Positions 22,701 through 34,239 of a DNA stretch of 64,000 nt are shown here, one piece after another. The stretch covers positions 263,500,001 to 263,564,000 of the forward strand of contig CM075977.1 of the NCBI GenBank assembly GCA_038087875.1. Reading direction: 5' to 3'. The notes beneath the pieces were generated by a model. It was not told the DNA's origin and ran no database searches. It saw nothing but the letters and a program-made list of their open reading frames with translations. Every line of letters begins with the position of its first letter. Position 1 is the first letter of the stretch. Origin of the DNA: Malacoraja senta. Taxonomy: Eukaryota. A program made the position numbers and the translations under genes.

Positions 22701-24927
22701 TACTGTACATGGATTAAACTGTTATACTCCAATCCAACAGCTAGAATATTAACAAACCAAATGTTATCAGCTAAATTTAATCTTTCTAGAGGTTGCAGAC
22801 AAGGATGTTCACTATCCCCACTATTATTTGCTCTTGCAATTGAACCATTAGCAGAAAGCGTTAGAACCCATCCAAGAATACACGGGTACAACACTAGAGA
22901 TACAAGGAATAAAATTTCCTTATATGCAGATGATGTACTAATATATATCACAAAGTTAGAAACTAGTATTCCAAATCTATTAAATCTAATAACTCAATTT
23001 GGTCAGTTCTCAGGATATAGAATTAACTGGAATAAAAGTGAAATCATGCCAATAACAAAATTCAATTTAAATACAATGCAACAATCCCCTTTTAAAATAG
23101 TTAAAGATAAACTTAAATATTTAGGAATCTATGTAACTAAGACATATACCTCTTTATTTAAACTAAATTTTCCACCTTTACTTAATAAATTACACAAGAA
23201 TATTCAGTACTGGAAAACAATTCCCATTTCAATGCTTGGTAGAATTAATGCTATAAAAATGATCTTCTTACCGCAACTACTGTACCTATTTCAATTAATT
23301 CCGATATATATCCCCAAAAACTTTTTCAAAAAAGTAGACTCCATTGTTACAAGCTTTATTTGGGATTATAAGAATCATAGAATAAGTAAAAAACATTTAT
23401 GTAAGTCAAAGAGCAACGGAGGTTTGCCTTTACCAAATTTCTTATTTTAATTTTGGGCAGTCCATATTAAAAACATGAATTTCTGGCTGGAAGAAATGGA
23501 TCAATATCCAGATTGGTTAAGGAAGGAAAAGGAAGACTGTTTACCTTTTGAAATTGGTTCGATTATATTTGCTCCCACAAAATTGCATACAAAAACCTAT
23601 AAGGAAAACCCTATAATACATAGTGGAATACGAATTTGGAAACAATTTAAAAAAGCTTTAAAACTGAATAATATACCACTATGTCTTCCCATTGTAAATA
23701 ATCCTTTATTCAAGCCATCCATATTGGATAGAGGTTTTATACAATGGAAAAATTATGGAATTAAAAAGATTGGACATCTTTATAGGGAAGGCATCTTTCT
23801 GTCATTTCAAGAGTTACAACAGAATTATGGACTACACTCAAATAATTTTTTCAGATATCTACAAATTAGAGATTATGTTAAATCTAATGCACAAGTATAT
23901 AGGACTAGGGAACCAGAAATTCTTGATGAATGTTTGAATAAGCATCCTAACACTGAAAAATTAATAGCATATTTATAACATCCTCTTAAACAATGAGGTA
24001 CCACCGATGGAACTATATAGACACACATGGGAAAATGAGTTAGGTTATCCTATTACGAAAGATATTTGGGACGAAAGTTTACAACATATACATCAATGCT
24101 CGTTAAATGCCAGACATGCTTTAATACAATTTAAAGTCTTACACAGATTACATTACTCCAAAATAAAACTAAATAGAATCTTTCCCACATATTTCTCCTA
24201 TCTGTGATAAATGCTTACATCTAGAGGCCAATTAACACATACTTTTGCAAATTGTATAAAAATCAAAAATTTCTGGATTGATATTTTTGAAATAATTTCT
24301 GAAGTTGTTAATACAAAATTGGATCCAGACTCAAAATTATAATACTTGGGATATCAGAACAAATTTAATACTCACAACAAGCCAAAGAAACTTCCTTGAC
24401 TACAGTATAATAACTGGGAAAAAATTAATATTACAATTTTGGAAAGGTCTATAACCCCCACAATTAAAATGTGGGATTGTGGAAATGTCAGAGACCCTAC
24501 ATCTAGAAAGATTAGACTTGTCTTAATGGACAAACAAGAACTTTTTGTTAAAATATGGGCTCCATTCATTAACTATTTGAAGGGATATCTGGGCCCAGCA
24601 CGAAAGCCCAACTGAAGCTTGAACTCAGGATTAGATGTAATTATATTTCATAACCTACGAACTTATCTCCAATGACGTATTATAAGTAACTCATTCCACC
24701 TCTTTTTTTGTTTTTTTCTCGATATTTGTAATGCTTTCTTCTTTTTACCTCTCTTTTTCTATCTATATTAAAAAAAACACTAGAAGCAGAATTAATTGAC
24801 AATTGACAATTTTAATAAAATATGATTGATGTATATGAAAAGTTTTCTTTTCTATTATAATATGTTACTATACTTTTATAATATGTTTGCTTCTAATAAA
24901 AATATTAATCAAAAAAAAAAAAAAAAA
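19735..24927 (+). mobile_element. L1-clade LINE, 5'-truncated, ORF2 disrupted
   Basis: ORF1 C-terminus (IFRDYP..RYGLLYPATLRVTY); APE (SWNVKGIN, LQETHL, GGDLN, SRIDY, SDH); RT (LDAEKAFD, RQGCSLSP, LYADDVL); CCHC remnant; AATAAA and poly(A) at 24911-24927. Confidence 0.95.
20812..24616 (+). pseudogene. L1 ORF2 (APE-RT-CCHC) broken by stops and frameshifts
   Basis: Collinear fragments 20812-21345, 21420-21929, 21862-22290, 22386-23450, 23475-23978, 24007-24207. Confidence 0.9.
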
Positions 24928-24970
24928 GTTCCTTTGCACCTCTGATTTCTGAATCCTCCCCTATTCTGGG

Positions 24971-25828
24971 TGTGGTGGTGCCTAACGGCAGCGGCTCAAC
25001 TGCAGTCCGTTTGTCTTTTTTAAATTTTTTGTCTCGTTAAATGTAGTTGTTTGTGGGTTTTTTAATACTGTTTTTAACTGTGTATATGTGGGGGGCGGGG
25101 GAAACTTTAAAAAATCTCTTCCCTGTACGGGAGACCCGACTCTTTCCCTGTCGGGTCTCCGTTGTCGTTGGGGCCTAGCTCCGTGGAGCGGCCTCCTACC
25201 GGGACGACCTGGGGGCTCCAGTCGCGGAGCCTGCGGAGCTGCGGACTTACCATCGTGGGGCTGGCCATCCTCGGAGCGTGAGGAGCGGTGGTGGCTCGCT
25301 GCTGCGGCCCGACTCTGGAGCTCCAGCTGCAGCTGCAGACCCGTGGACTGTGATATCGGGAGCCTCGCGGGTCCGGGTGAGAGACCGCTTTCCGGTGGCT
25401 CCCGCAACGCAACTTCTCCCGCCCGTGTCGCGGGGTTGGAACGACCCGGAGCGGGGCCGTAAATCGCCCGGCGCGGCTTTAATGGCCGCGGGACATTCCA
25501 GCGCCCGCGGGGGCTCCACTTGTGACTTTTGGGCCCGGAGCGAGGCAGTACACCGCCCGGCGCGGCCTCAACGGCCATGGGACTTAACATTGCCTGCCTG
25601 GGGCTTCAACGTCGGGAGAAAAATGGTGCAGGGGAGAGAAAAGACTTTGCCTTCCATCACAGTGAGGAGGAGATTCACTGTGATGGATGTTTTTCTGTAA
25701 AATTGAATTGTTTGTGTGTCGTGTAGGAATTGTTTTGTTTTGTATGGCTGCGGAAATGGAGTTTCATTTGAGCCTCTTTGAGGTTCAAATGACAAAAATA
25801 AAATCTAATCTAATCTAATCTAATCTAT
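24971..25828 (+). mobile_element. Modular retroelement, copy C
   Basis: Family head, T-tract and G-run; perfect hairpin at 25653-25687; 3' stem-loop; (AATCT)n tail. Confidence 0.7.
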
Positions 25829-26032
25829 TTAGAAGTAGTTTATGTCCTTTATTCATCTACCAAAGTGCATGACCATACACTTTGCTACATTGTATGCATT
25901 TGCCACCTCTTTGTACATGTACTGAGAAGTCTTCCGTACCTTACTATTTTTCTGCAGGATGTCGGATAGACTTTGCAAACCAGGCAGAATGAACAATCCA
26001 TTAATTAACCATTAAGGCCTTCATACTCCTTT

Positions 26033-26338
26033 TTTTAGTTTTTAGTTTTTTAGTTTTAGATACAGCCTTTGGGCCAACGAGTCCACCCCGACCAGCGATC
26101 CCCGCACATTAACACTATCCTACACACACTAGGACAATTTACACATACACCAAGCCAATTAACTTACATACATCTACGTTTTTGGAGTGTGGAGGAAACC
26201 AAAGATCTCAGAGAAAACCAGGCCAGTCACGGGGAGAACGTATAAACTCCGTACAGACAGCACTCGTAGTCGGGATCATACCCAGGTCTCCAGCGTGCAA
26301 GCACTGTAAGGCAGCAACTCTACCGCTGCGCCACCGTG
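26033..26338 (-). mobile_element. HE1/V-SINE-like tRNA SINE
   Basis: Homologous to 4937-5243. Confidence 0.85.
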
Positions 26339-26374
26339 TTGCTCTCTATTCTCGTGGTAGCGTGGTTCTCATTA

Positions 26375-26802
26375 TAAATAGGGAAGGGATTGTCTGGAGT
26401 CCATGGTATTCCTTTCCTAAAGGATGAGAGGGAATCTTATTGAAACGTATAAGATAATAAGGGTTTGGACACGCTAGAGGTAGGAAACATGTTCCCGATG
26501 TTGGGGGAATCCAGAACCAGGGGCCACAGTTTAAGAATAAGGAGTAAGCCGTTTTAGAACGGAGATGAGGAAACACTTTTTCTCACAGAGAGTGGTGAGT
26601 CTGTGGAATTCTCTGCCTCAGAGGGTGGTGGAGGCCGGTTCTCTGGATGCTTTCAAGAGAGAGCTAGATAGGGCTATGGGATATGGGAAGAAGGCAGGAA
26701 CGGGGTGCTGATTGTGGATGATCAGCCATGATCCATTGAATGGCGGTGCTGGCTCAAAGGGCCGGATAGCCTACTCCTGCACCTATTGTCTATTGTCTAT
26801 TG
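26375..26802 (+). mobile_element. CR1 3' end
   Basis: ORF2 C-terminus and (CTATTGT)n tail; same subfamily as 34780-35562. Confidence 0.85.
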
Positions 26803-27535
26803 TAATATAGTGCTTACTTATGTAGTTTTTTAAAGATGGCTTAGATCCAGGGATGGTGTTTGAAAATGCCAGTGTTGCTATTAAGTTAGCTTTGCACACT
26901 GATAATATAGTTGCTCTAGAAATTATGATTAATAGAACCATATGATGAAATTTCAGTGAAAACAATTGTGGGTCATGAAGCCCCTGATTTTCTGTCCAAA
27001 TGCCTCAAGCATTTTATATGTTAACCATGAGAGAACACAGAAATACAAAGTGGGATGCAATAATGACCCTCATCTCTACTGTTCATGAACCCAACATTTG
27101 GTTGCTTCAGCTGTTAGCCTGATCCACGTGTTAGCGGGCCTGACACCTATCCAACCCAGAATATACCAACTCTCATCCCCTGATTCTTGCCTGCAGCAAT
27201 TGATGTGAATCCTGCCTCATGGCCTGACTAGTTCATTAATATCCTCAGCCCTTCCATGATTATGGAACATAAAAGGCAAGGGGCTTTGTTGCACATATAC
27301 TGCCTTTGAATATATAAAGCTGAATGCTGTTGGCCTTGTATGCTGCAAAACTTTGCAGTTATGAGCTTGGCAAATAACACTCCTTTCCAACATCATAATG
27401 TTTCTATGGCATTGATAAAAAAATACATCTATTGATGCTCCTGAACCCATCATCAGTGATGTAACCTGGGGTCAGTGGGTGTTTCGGGTCTTTCAACACC
27501 AGACATCCTCACCCAGACGGACCCAGCCGTGATCA

Positions 27536-28943
27536 TTTGGGAAGTGGCGGCGCTGTTAATCGGCTGCGGCTCGCCTGCAGTCCGTCTGTTATTACTTTTT
27601 CTGTTGGTTTTTTTTGTCCTGTTTTGTTAAGTTTTAGTTTGTTGGGTTGTGTTAGGGGGAGAGAAACATGTCCTCTGTCTCCTCCTTCGGGGAATGCGAC
27701 TTTTTCGTGTCGTATCCCCCTTCCCTGCCTCCGTCTGCGGTGAGGCCTAATGGCGGAGCTGGCCGCCTCCATCCTGCGACCGATCCCGAGGCTACGGAGG
27801 CAGAGCCAGCCAGGACTTACCAGCGGGATGCTGGCCGTCTTCGGGGCTGAGGCAGTGGTGGCCCGACTTGCTGGTGCGGCGTTCTGGCTTTCGGCGGCGG
27901 CCTGGAGCTGATGCAGCGGGGTCCGGAGCAGAGACTGCGGGACCTGGAGCTGATGCAGTGGGGTCCGGAGCAGAGACTGCGGGACCTGGAGCTGATGCAG
28001 TGGGGTCCGGAGCAGAGACTGCGGGACCTGGAGCTGATGCAGTGGGGTCCGGAGCAGAGACTGCGGGACCTGGAGCTGATGCAGCGGGGTCCGGAGCAGA
28101 GACTGCGGACCTGGAGCTGATGCAGCGGGGTCCGGAGCGGAGACTGCGGGACCTGGAGCTGATGCAGCGGGGTCCGGAGCAGAGACTGCGGGGACCTGGA
28201 GCTGATGCAGCGGGGTCCGGAGCAGAGACTGCGGGACCTGGAGCTGGGGCGGTGGTCCGGAGCGGAGACTGCGGGACCTGGAGCTGATGCAGCGGGGTCC
28301 GGAGCAGAGACTGCGGGACCTGGAGCTGATGCAGCGGGGTCCGGAGCGGAGACTGCGGGACCTGGAGCTGGTGCGGGTCCGGAGCAGAGACTGCGGGGCC
28401 TGGAGCTGATGCAGCGGGGTCCGGAGCGGAGACTGTGGGACCTGGAGCTGGGGCGGTGGCCCGGAGCGGAGACTGTGGGACCTGGAGCTGGTGCGGGGTC
28501 CGGAGCAGAGACTGCGGGGCCTGGAGCTGATGCAGCGGGGTCCGGAGCAGAGACTGCGGGACCTGGAGCTGATGCAGCGGGGACCGGAGCGGAGACTGCG
28601 GGACCCGGGGCTGATGCTGTGGCGGGCCGTCTCGGAGCGGAGACGGCGTTCCAGCTTTCGGCGGCAGCGACATCACCACGGAGGTCCGCTGGACTGGAGG
28701 GCGGCATCTTCCGCCTGGATCGATCGCCTCAGCGCAGAGGGAGAACAAGGAGGGAAGAGACGGAGACTAAGACTTTGCCTCCATCACAGTGAGGATGTGC
28801 TTGGTGAACTCACTGTGGTGGATGTTTAATTTGTGTTTATTTGTATGTTTTGTTATTATTGGTTCTGTGTATGACTGCAGGCATCACAATTTCGTTCAGA
28901 CGAAAGGTCTGAATGACAATAAAGGAAACTTGAACTTGATTCT
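27536..28943 (+). mobile_element. Modular retroelement, copy D, expanded by an internal minisatellite
   Basis: 6-bp TSD TGATCA at 27530-27535 and 28944-28949; hairpin at 28780-28822; ATGACAATAAA tail. Confidence 0.75.
27901..28645 (+). repeat. GC-rich 42-bp minisatellite, about 17-18 units
   Basis: Unit CCTGGAGCTGATGCAGCGGGGTCCGGAGCAGAGACTGCGGGA, with shorter variants. Confidence 0.95.
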
Positions 28944-31165
28944 TGATCAGACCACGACGTGTTCAGGTGGCATTCACTCCTCCCCATAGACCTCCTCTCC
29001 TGATCCAGAGCCATCTCGAGGCCTTCTCCGCTGCCTCTGTGGTGTGCTTGGTGGCTCTTCTCCTCGCCACTCCGTTGATGGCCAGCGCACTCAAGGCTTT
29101 GTAGAGCGATTGCCCTGCAAAACCTCTGCAGCCAACCTCGATGGGCCTACATCTTGCCTTCAATCCCTGCTTACGGCAGTCTATGACCAGCTCTCATACT
29201 TGATATCTCCCCTTGCCCGAAATGCTTGGTGTCTAATATTATCAACTTTGGCATGCTGCCGATGGCAAATAACTCTCAAATAACTCTTTTCCACCTCATC
29301 AGGAAAGTGTCCCTATATCATAGACCTCACTTTCAAGTATTAGGAGGCTTTGCAATCCCTATAAAATTGTAAGGCAGCTCACCAATGTGCAGAAATTAAT
29401 CACGTGTGAAATACCACATTTCATTTTCTCATCTATATAATGACAATACATATTTTCCAAACTGAGCTTTAAACTGATAATGGAGATTTAATTTGGTAGT
29501 TAGTTTGTATTTAATAGTAATGTGTAAAAGGGGCAGGAGAGCCTCATCTGCATGGATTCAACAACTTATCATTCTCAGAACCAGCCACAGTCTTATCATC
29601 TCAGAGTGCTCAGAACCATGCTTGACCATCTGATCCTGCAAAAGTTAACAGGATGGACACTGATCTCACAATCCGGTTGTCTTTGTGCAATGTATGCCTG
29701 CTATTTCACAGTCCTGGGTTAGAGTAAGGAGCAGAGACAGTGGGGAAGACTGATAGCATTCAGAGCTTGCGGAAAATGGAAAAAAAAGGATGGTAACATG
29801 AAATCAATAGTCAGAGGATCAAATCCAGGAGCAGGTGCACTCATCCCTTGAGTGAATGAGTGGAAAAGATGTCTGTGTTTTGGTTCTCACATTTCATTGG
29901 CTTGTGAAAGCAATTTGACTGATAACATTGCATGTGCGCATGGATTGCCATAAGCTTGTAAAGCATCAGACCTTGTGCAATAAATGTCTATCTAGATTGA
30001 TGATTCAATGCTGTATGCATTAAACTTTTTGATTGGCAGCACATGTATTCTCCCCTCTACTCATATTCACAGGATAATTACAATAACAGCTTTATAGTTC
30101 AGGGAGAAAAGGCAACTTAAGGATATCCCACATTATTTGTGTGCAACACATTACTATCAAACTATTGATGGCATCATAGCTATATTCCATATTTCTATAA
30201 AAGAGATGCTGCCTAACCCACTGAGTTACTCCAGCACCATGTGTCATTTTTGTAAACCAGCATCTGCAGTCCTTGTATCCTCCACATTTCTATGTTGCAA
30301 TGCACACTTAATTAAAATTAAGTCTTGCTTTTTCCATTTGGAGAAAGAGGTCAAACAACAATGATAGTAGGCAAGATACTGGTTACTATCCCATGGTTTA
30401 AACTGCGAGTAACAGACTTTTTTATTATTTCCAAAATACATTTTATTCGTAAGATACAAATAAAAGAAATACAATAGTGGATGGCTTTCTTTACACTCGT
30501 CGTATCCTTCAGTTCGCACATTCATGTTAATCCTTCTACACATTAATAATGTTCACACATATTGTGTATAACATACCACTGTCATTCATGTGGCCTTCTG
30601 AAATGATACAAAATTCAAGTGTTTGAGAGGCTTCTACACTCGACTTAGTCCATCAACAACCAGTGGCAGCAGTTTCACCACAAAGCCTTTGCATTGACAG
30701 CAAGCTTCAGCGAGTTTCCTCAGCACTTATTCCTGCAACCAAGAATGTACCCATTGGCAGTATTCCCTTATGAACATTACATTGTCTTGGAAGACCACGG
30801 ATTTCGATCAGACCAAAGAGATGATTCAAGATGACAGCAGCAGTGGGGCCAAGATGCGGTAAGGAAACCAATGGTGCTGTAGGCTGGGGGCTCACCTCCC
30901 GCGTCCTCGGTAACGATCGTTCACTCAACGTTATTCCCTTATCATGTATCTGTACAATGTGAATGGCTTGATTGTAATCATGTATTGTCTTTCTGCTGAG
31001 TGGATAGCACGCAACAAAAGCTTTTCACTGTACCTCAGTACACATGAACAATAAATAAAATTGAACTGAAAAAAAACCATTTGAATATCAAATAATGATG
31101 AGACGGAGTACATGAAGGAGATTGAGAACCTTGTGTCCTGGTGTCAAGACAACAACCTTTCTCTT

Positions 31166-31305
31166 TTCCTTCTTCTTGCATATGGCGTGCACAGCCTAAA
31201 GTTGTTGGACAACTTGTTCTATTTGATTCTTATTTGATTGTGCAGGCTGGGTTGATTGCATTCGTCAAAACAGGGCGACCACGTGAAGGTTGCAATCTTC
31301 CACCC
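31166..31305 (-). mobile_element. Short (AAG)n-tailed retroposon with minimal HDV-like ribozyme head (family 2)
   Basis: Inserted in a Rex-type fragment with AACCTT duplicated on both sides; tail GCCATATGCAAGAAGAAG; homologous to 9454-9578. Confidence 0.78.
31254..31305 (-). ncRNA. Minimal HDV-like ribozyme (near-absent P4; P1 degenerate in this copy)
   Basis: GGGUGG AA GAUUGCA ACC UUCACGU GGU CGCCCU GU UUUGA CGAA UGCAAUC. Confidence 0.7.
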
Positions 31306-31391
31306 AACCTTCTCTCAATGTCAGCAAGACAAAGAAGATAGTGATCGACTTCAGGAAGCAAAGCAGTACACATATCCCAGTTTGCATTGGT

Positions 31392-32631
31392 TCAAAGAGG
31401 AACTGCAGATGCTGGAGAATCGAAGGTACACAAAATTGCTGGAGAAACTCAGCTGGTGCGGCAGCATCTATGGAGCGAAGAAAAGAGGCAACTTTTCGGC
31501 CGAAACCCTTCTTCAGACTGATGCAGGGTGGGGGGGGGGGGGGAAGAAGAAAGGAAGAGGAGGAGCCAGAGGCTGAGGAGAGCTGAGAAGGGGAGGAGAC
31601 AGCAAGGGCTACCAGAAATTGGAGAAGTCAATGTGCAGGCCACCGGGATGCAGACTGCCCAAGCGGAATATGAGGTGCTGCTCCTCCAGTTGTCTGGCAA
31701 TGGAGGAGGCCCCAGGACAGAAAGGTGTGATTCGGAATGGAGGGGGGAGTTGGAGTGCTGAGCCACAGGGAGATCAGGTTGGTTAATGCGGACCGAGCGG
31801 AGGTGTTCGGCGAAATGATCGACAAGCCTACGCTTGGTCTCACCGATGTAGATCAGCTGACATCTAGAGCAGCGGATGTAATAAATGAGGTTGGAGGAGA
31901 TGCAGGTGAACCTCTGTCACACCTGGAACGACTGCTTGGGTCCTTGAATGGAGTCGAGGGGGGAGGTAAAGCAACACGTGTAGCATCTCTTGTGGTTGCA
32001 AGGGAAAGTGCCCGGGGAGGGGGGTGGTACGGGTGGGAAGGAAGAATTGACCAGGGAGTTACGGAGGGAGCAGTCTTTGTGGAAAGCAGAGAGGGGGGGG
32101 AGATGGGAAGATGTGGCGAGTGGTGGGATCACGTTGGAGGTGGCAAAAATGATGGAGGACTATCTGTTCTATGTGACCGCTAGTGGGGTGGAATGTGGGG
32201 ACAGGGGGGGACTCTGACCTTGTTACGAGTGGGGGGATGGGGAGAGAGAGCAGTGTTTGCAGGGTTTTGAAGAGACCCTGGTGAGAGCCTCATCTATGGT
32301 AGGGGAGGGGAATCCCCATTCCCTGAAGAATTAGGACATTTCCGATGACCTGGTGTGCAACACCTCATCCTGGGAGCAGATGCGGCGTAGACGGAGGAAT
32401 TGGGAGTAGGGATGGAGCCCTTACAGGAAGCAGGGTGGGAAGAAGTGTAGTCTAGATAGCCATGGGAGTCAGTAGGTTTATAGTGTGTTGATGTCGGTCA
32501 AAAGTCTATCACCTGCGATGGAGATAGTGAGGTCAAGAAATGGTAGGGAAGTGTCTGAAATGGTCCAGGTGTATTTGAGTGCCGGATGGAAGTTTAGTGG
32601 CGAAGTTGATGAAGTTAGTGAGTTGTGTGTG
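31392..32631 (-). mobile_element. Penelope-like element, same family as 17250-18648, running into the gap
   Basis: Collinear high similarity to 17250-18440. Confidence 0.9.
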
Positions 32632-32831
32632 NNNNNNNNNNNNNNNNNNNNNNNNNNNNNNNNNNNNNNNNNNNNNNNNNNNNNNNNNNNNNNNNNNNNN
32701 NNNNNNNNNNNNNNNNNNNNNNNNNNNNNNNNNNNNNNNNNNNNNNNNNNNNNNNNNNNNNNNNNNNNNNNNNNNNNNNNNNNNNNNNNNNNNNNNNNNN
32801 NNNNNNNNNNNNNNNNNNNNNNNNNNNNNNN
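32632..32831. other. Assembly gap (200 N)
   Basis: Run of N. Confidence 1.
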
Positions 32832-33300
32832 TGTCATTTGAACCTAAGTTCAAACGAAATTCTGTTTCTGCAGTCATACAAACAAATAAAAAGAACCAAG
32901 ACACAACACAATTTACACAAACATCCATCACAGTGAATCTCCTCCTCACTGTGATGGAAGGCAAAGTCTTATCTCTCCCCTGCACTCCACATTCTCCTCC
33001 CGATGTCAAAGTTAAAGCCCCCGGCGGGCGATTGTAGATATGTCCCGCGGCCATTAAAGCCGCGCCGGGATGCAAGGACACGCTCCGGGTCTTGATGTTG
33101 TAGCCCCCGGTAGCGCCAGCAAGTCCCACGGCCACCAATGCCGCGCCGGGCGATGCCAGACCCCGCTCCAGGTCATCCTCAACCCCACAACTCGGGCGGG
33201 AGTAGCTGCCGTTGCGGGAGCCTCGAAAAGCGGTCTTCCACCATGGACCCGCGAGCTCCCGATGTTACCATCCACCAGACCTGCGGCTGAAGCCTCCGAA
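32832..33300 (-). mobile_element. Modular retroelement, partial copy E
   Basis: Hairpin at about 32924-32958; similar to copy C. Confidence 0.7.
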
Positions 33301-33389
33301 ATACTCATTGAGGACTTTGCCCATCTCCTGTGGTTCCACACAGAGGTGACTGATTTTATTCCTGAGAGATCCAACTCTCTAGTTACCCT

Positions 33390-33613
33390 TTTCCCCCTAA
33401 TGTATCCCAGCTTCTCCCAGCTAACAATGATCTATTCTACATGTTCCTTGATCTCCATTCCCTTTGCCCTGTTTTGACACCTTCACACTTCCTTATCTAT
33501 CTACCTCCCCCCTGACGTCAGTCAGAAGAAGGGTCTCTTCTCGAAAGGTCACCCATTCCTTCTCTCCAGAGATGCTGTCTGTCCCGCTGAGTTACTCCAG
33601 CATTTTGTGTCTA
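33390..33613 (+). mobile_element. Penelope-type terminal repeat with degenerate hammerhead core
   Basis: CAGAAGAAGGGTCTC..CGAAAGGTCACC followed by GATGCTG..GAGTTACTCCAGCA. Confidence 0.65.
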
Positions 33614-34239
33614 TTGATGGGCTGAATGGCCTAATTCTGTTCCTATCACATGAACATGATCTTCAATGTGTGGAGGCACACGCAGCTGCAGATGCTGGAA
33701 TCCTGTGTGGAGCCAGGCAGCATCCGTGGAGGGAGTCGACAGGCAACATTTTGGGTTGAAACCCTCAGTATGTGGACCTGTTCTATATTCAATTCAATAC
33801 TGTTACTTTTCCCTGCATTCTCCATAGGATCACGTCACCCCCCTGCACAGAGTTTCAAATCTAGTGATGCCTTTGATGGGAGATCAGAAAAGCAAACTTA
33901 CAGTATTTAAATTTATAAAAAGGTGTGATGCTGCAAAACTACAATAGTTTCTAAAAATAAATAGAAAGGCAGCAGGTGAGAGAGTATCAACGCTGCAGGT
34001 TAAATGCAGGTCAAAAACAGAAATGGACCAGGCAGCTTGTGTGGAGTGTTCTAATGAATTATCATTGGCCTGACATTTTAACTATTCACTCTCTGCAGTT
34101 GCTGCCTGTCCTCGGTACATGCAGCATTTTTGAGTTGTTTTCAGTTTTCCAACATTTGCAGTGTTTTGCCTGTGGAATACTTGGGGCTGGTGTTAAGGTT
34201 GTTTGACTATAAAATGGTGCTATGACCCGAAACGTCACC

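Larger units (their letters stand above)
27450..29210 (-). mobile_element. Hero/NeSL-type RLE retrotransposon 3' fragment, split by copy D
   Basis: RCRPIEVGCRGFAGQSL..AEKASRWLW is the restriction-like endonuclease C-terminus; the 3' UTR resumes at 27535-27450. Confidence 0.7.

Noticed and set aside
27440-27495. Permuted hammerhead (GAAAC...CUGAUGA) in the Hero 3' UTR
   Set aside because: Stems I and III cannot be formed around an NUH site.
27901-28645. CRISPR-like array
   Set aside because: Contiguous tandem units without unique spacers; eukaryotic context.
27792-28829. Long Pro/Ala/Gly-rich ORFs on both strands
   Set aside because: By-product of a 42-bp stop-poor minisatellite; frames shift between units.
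33955-33980. CAGCAG|GTGAG as the end of METTL14 exon 1
   Set aside because: Upstream codons do not encode RRQLLA and the context is AT-rich.
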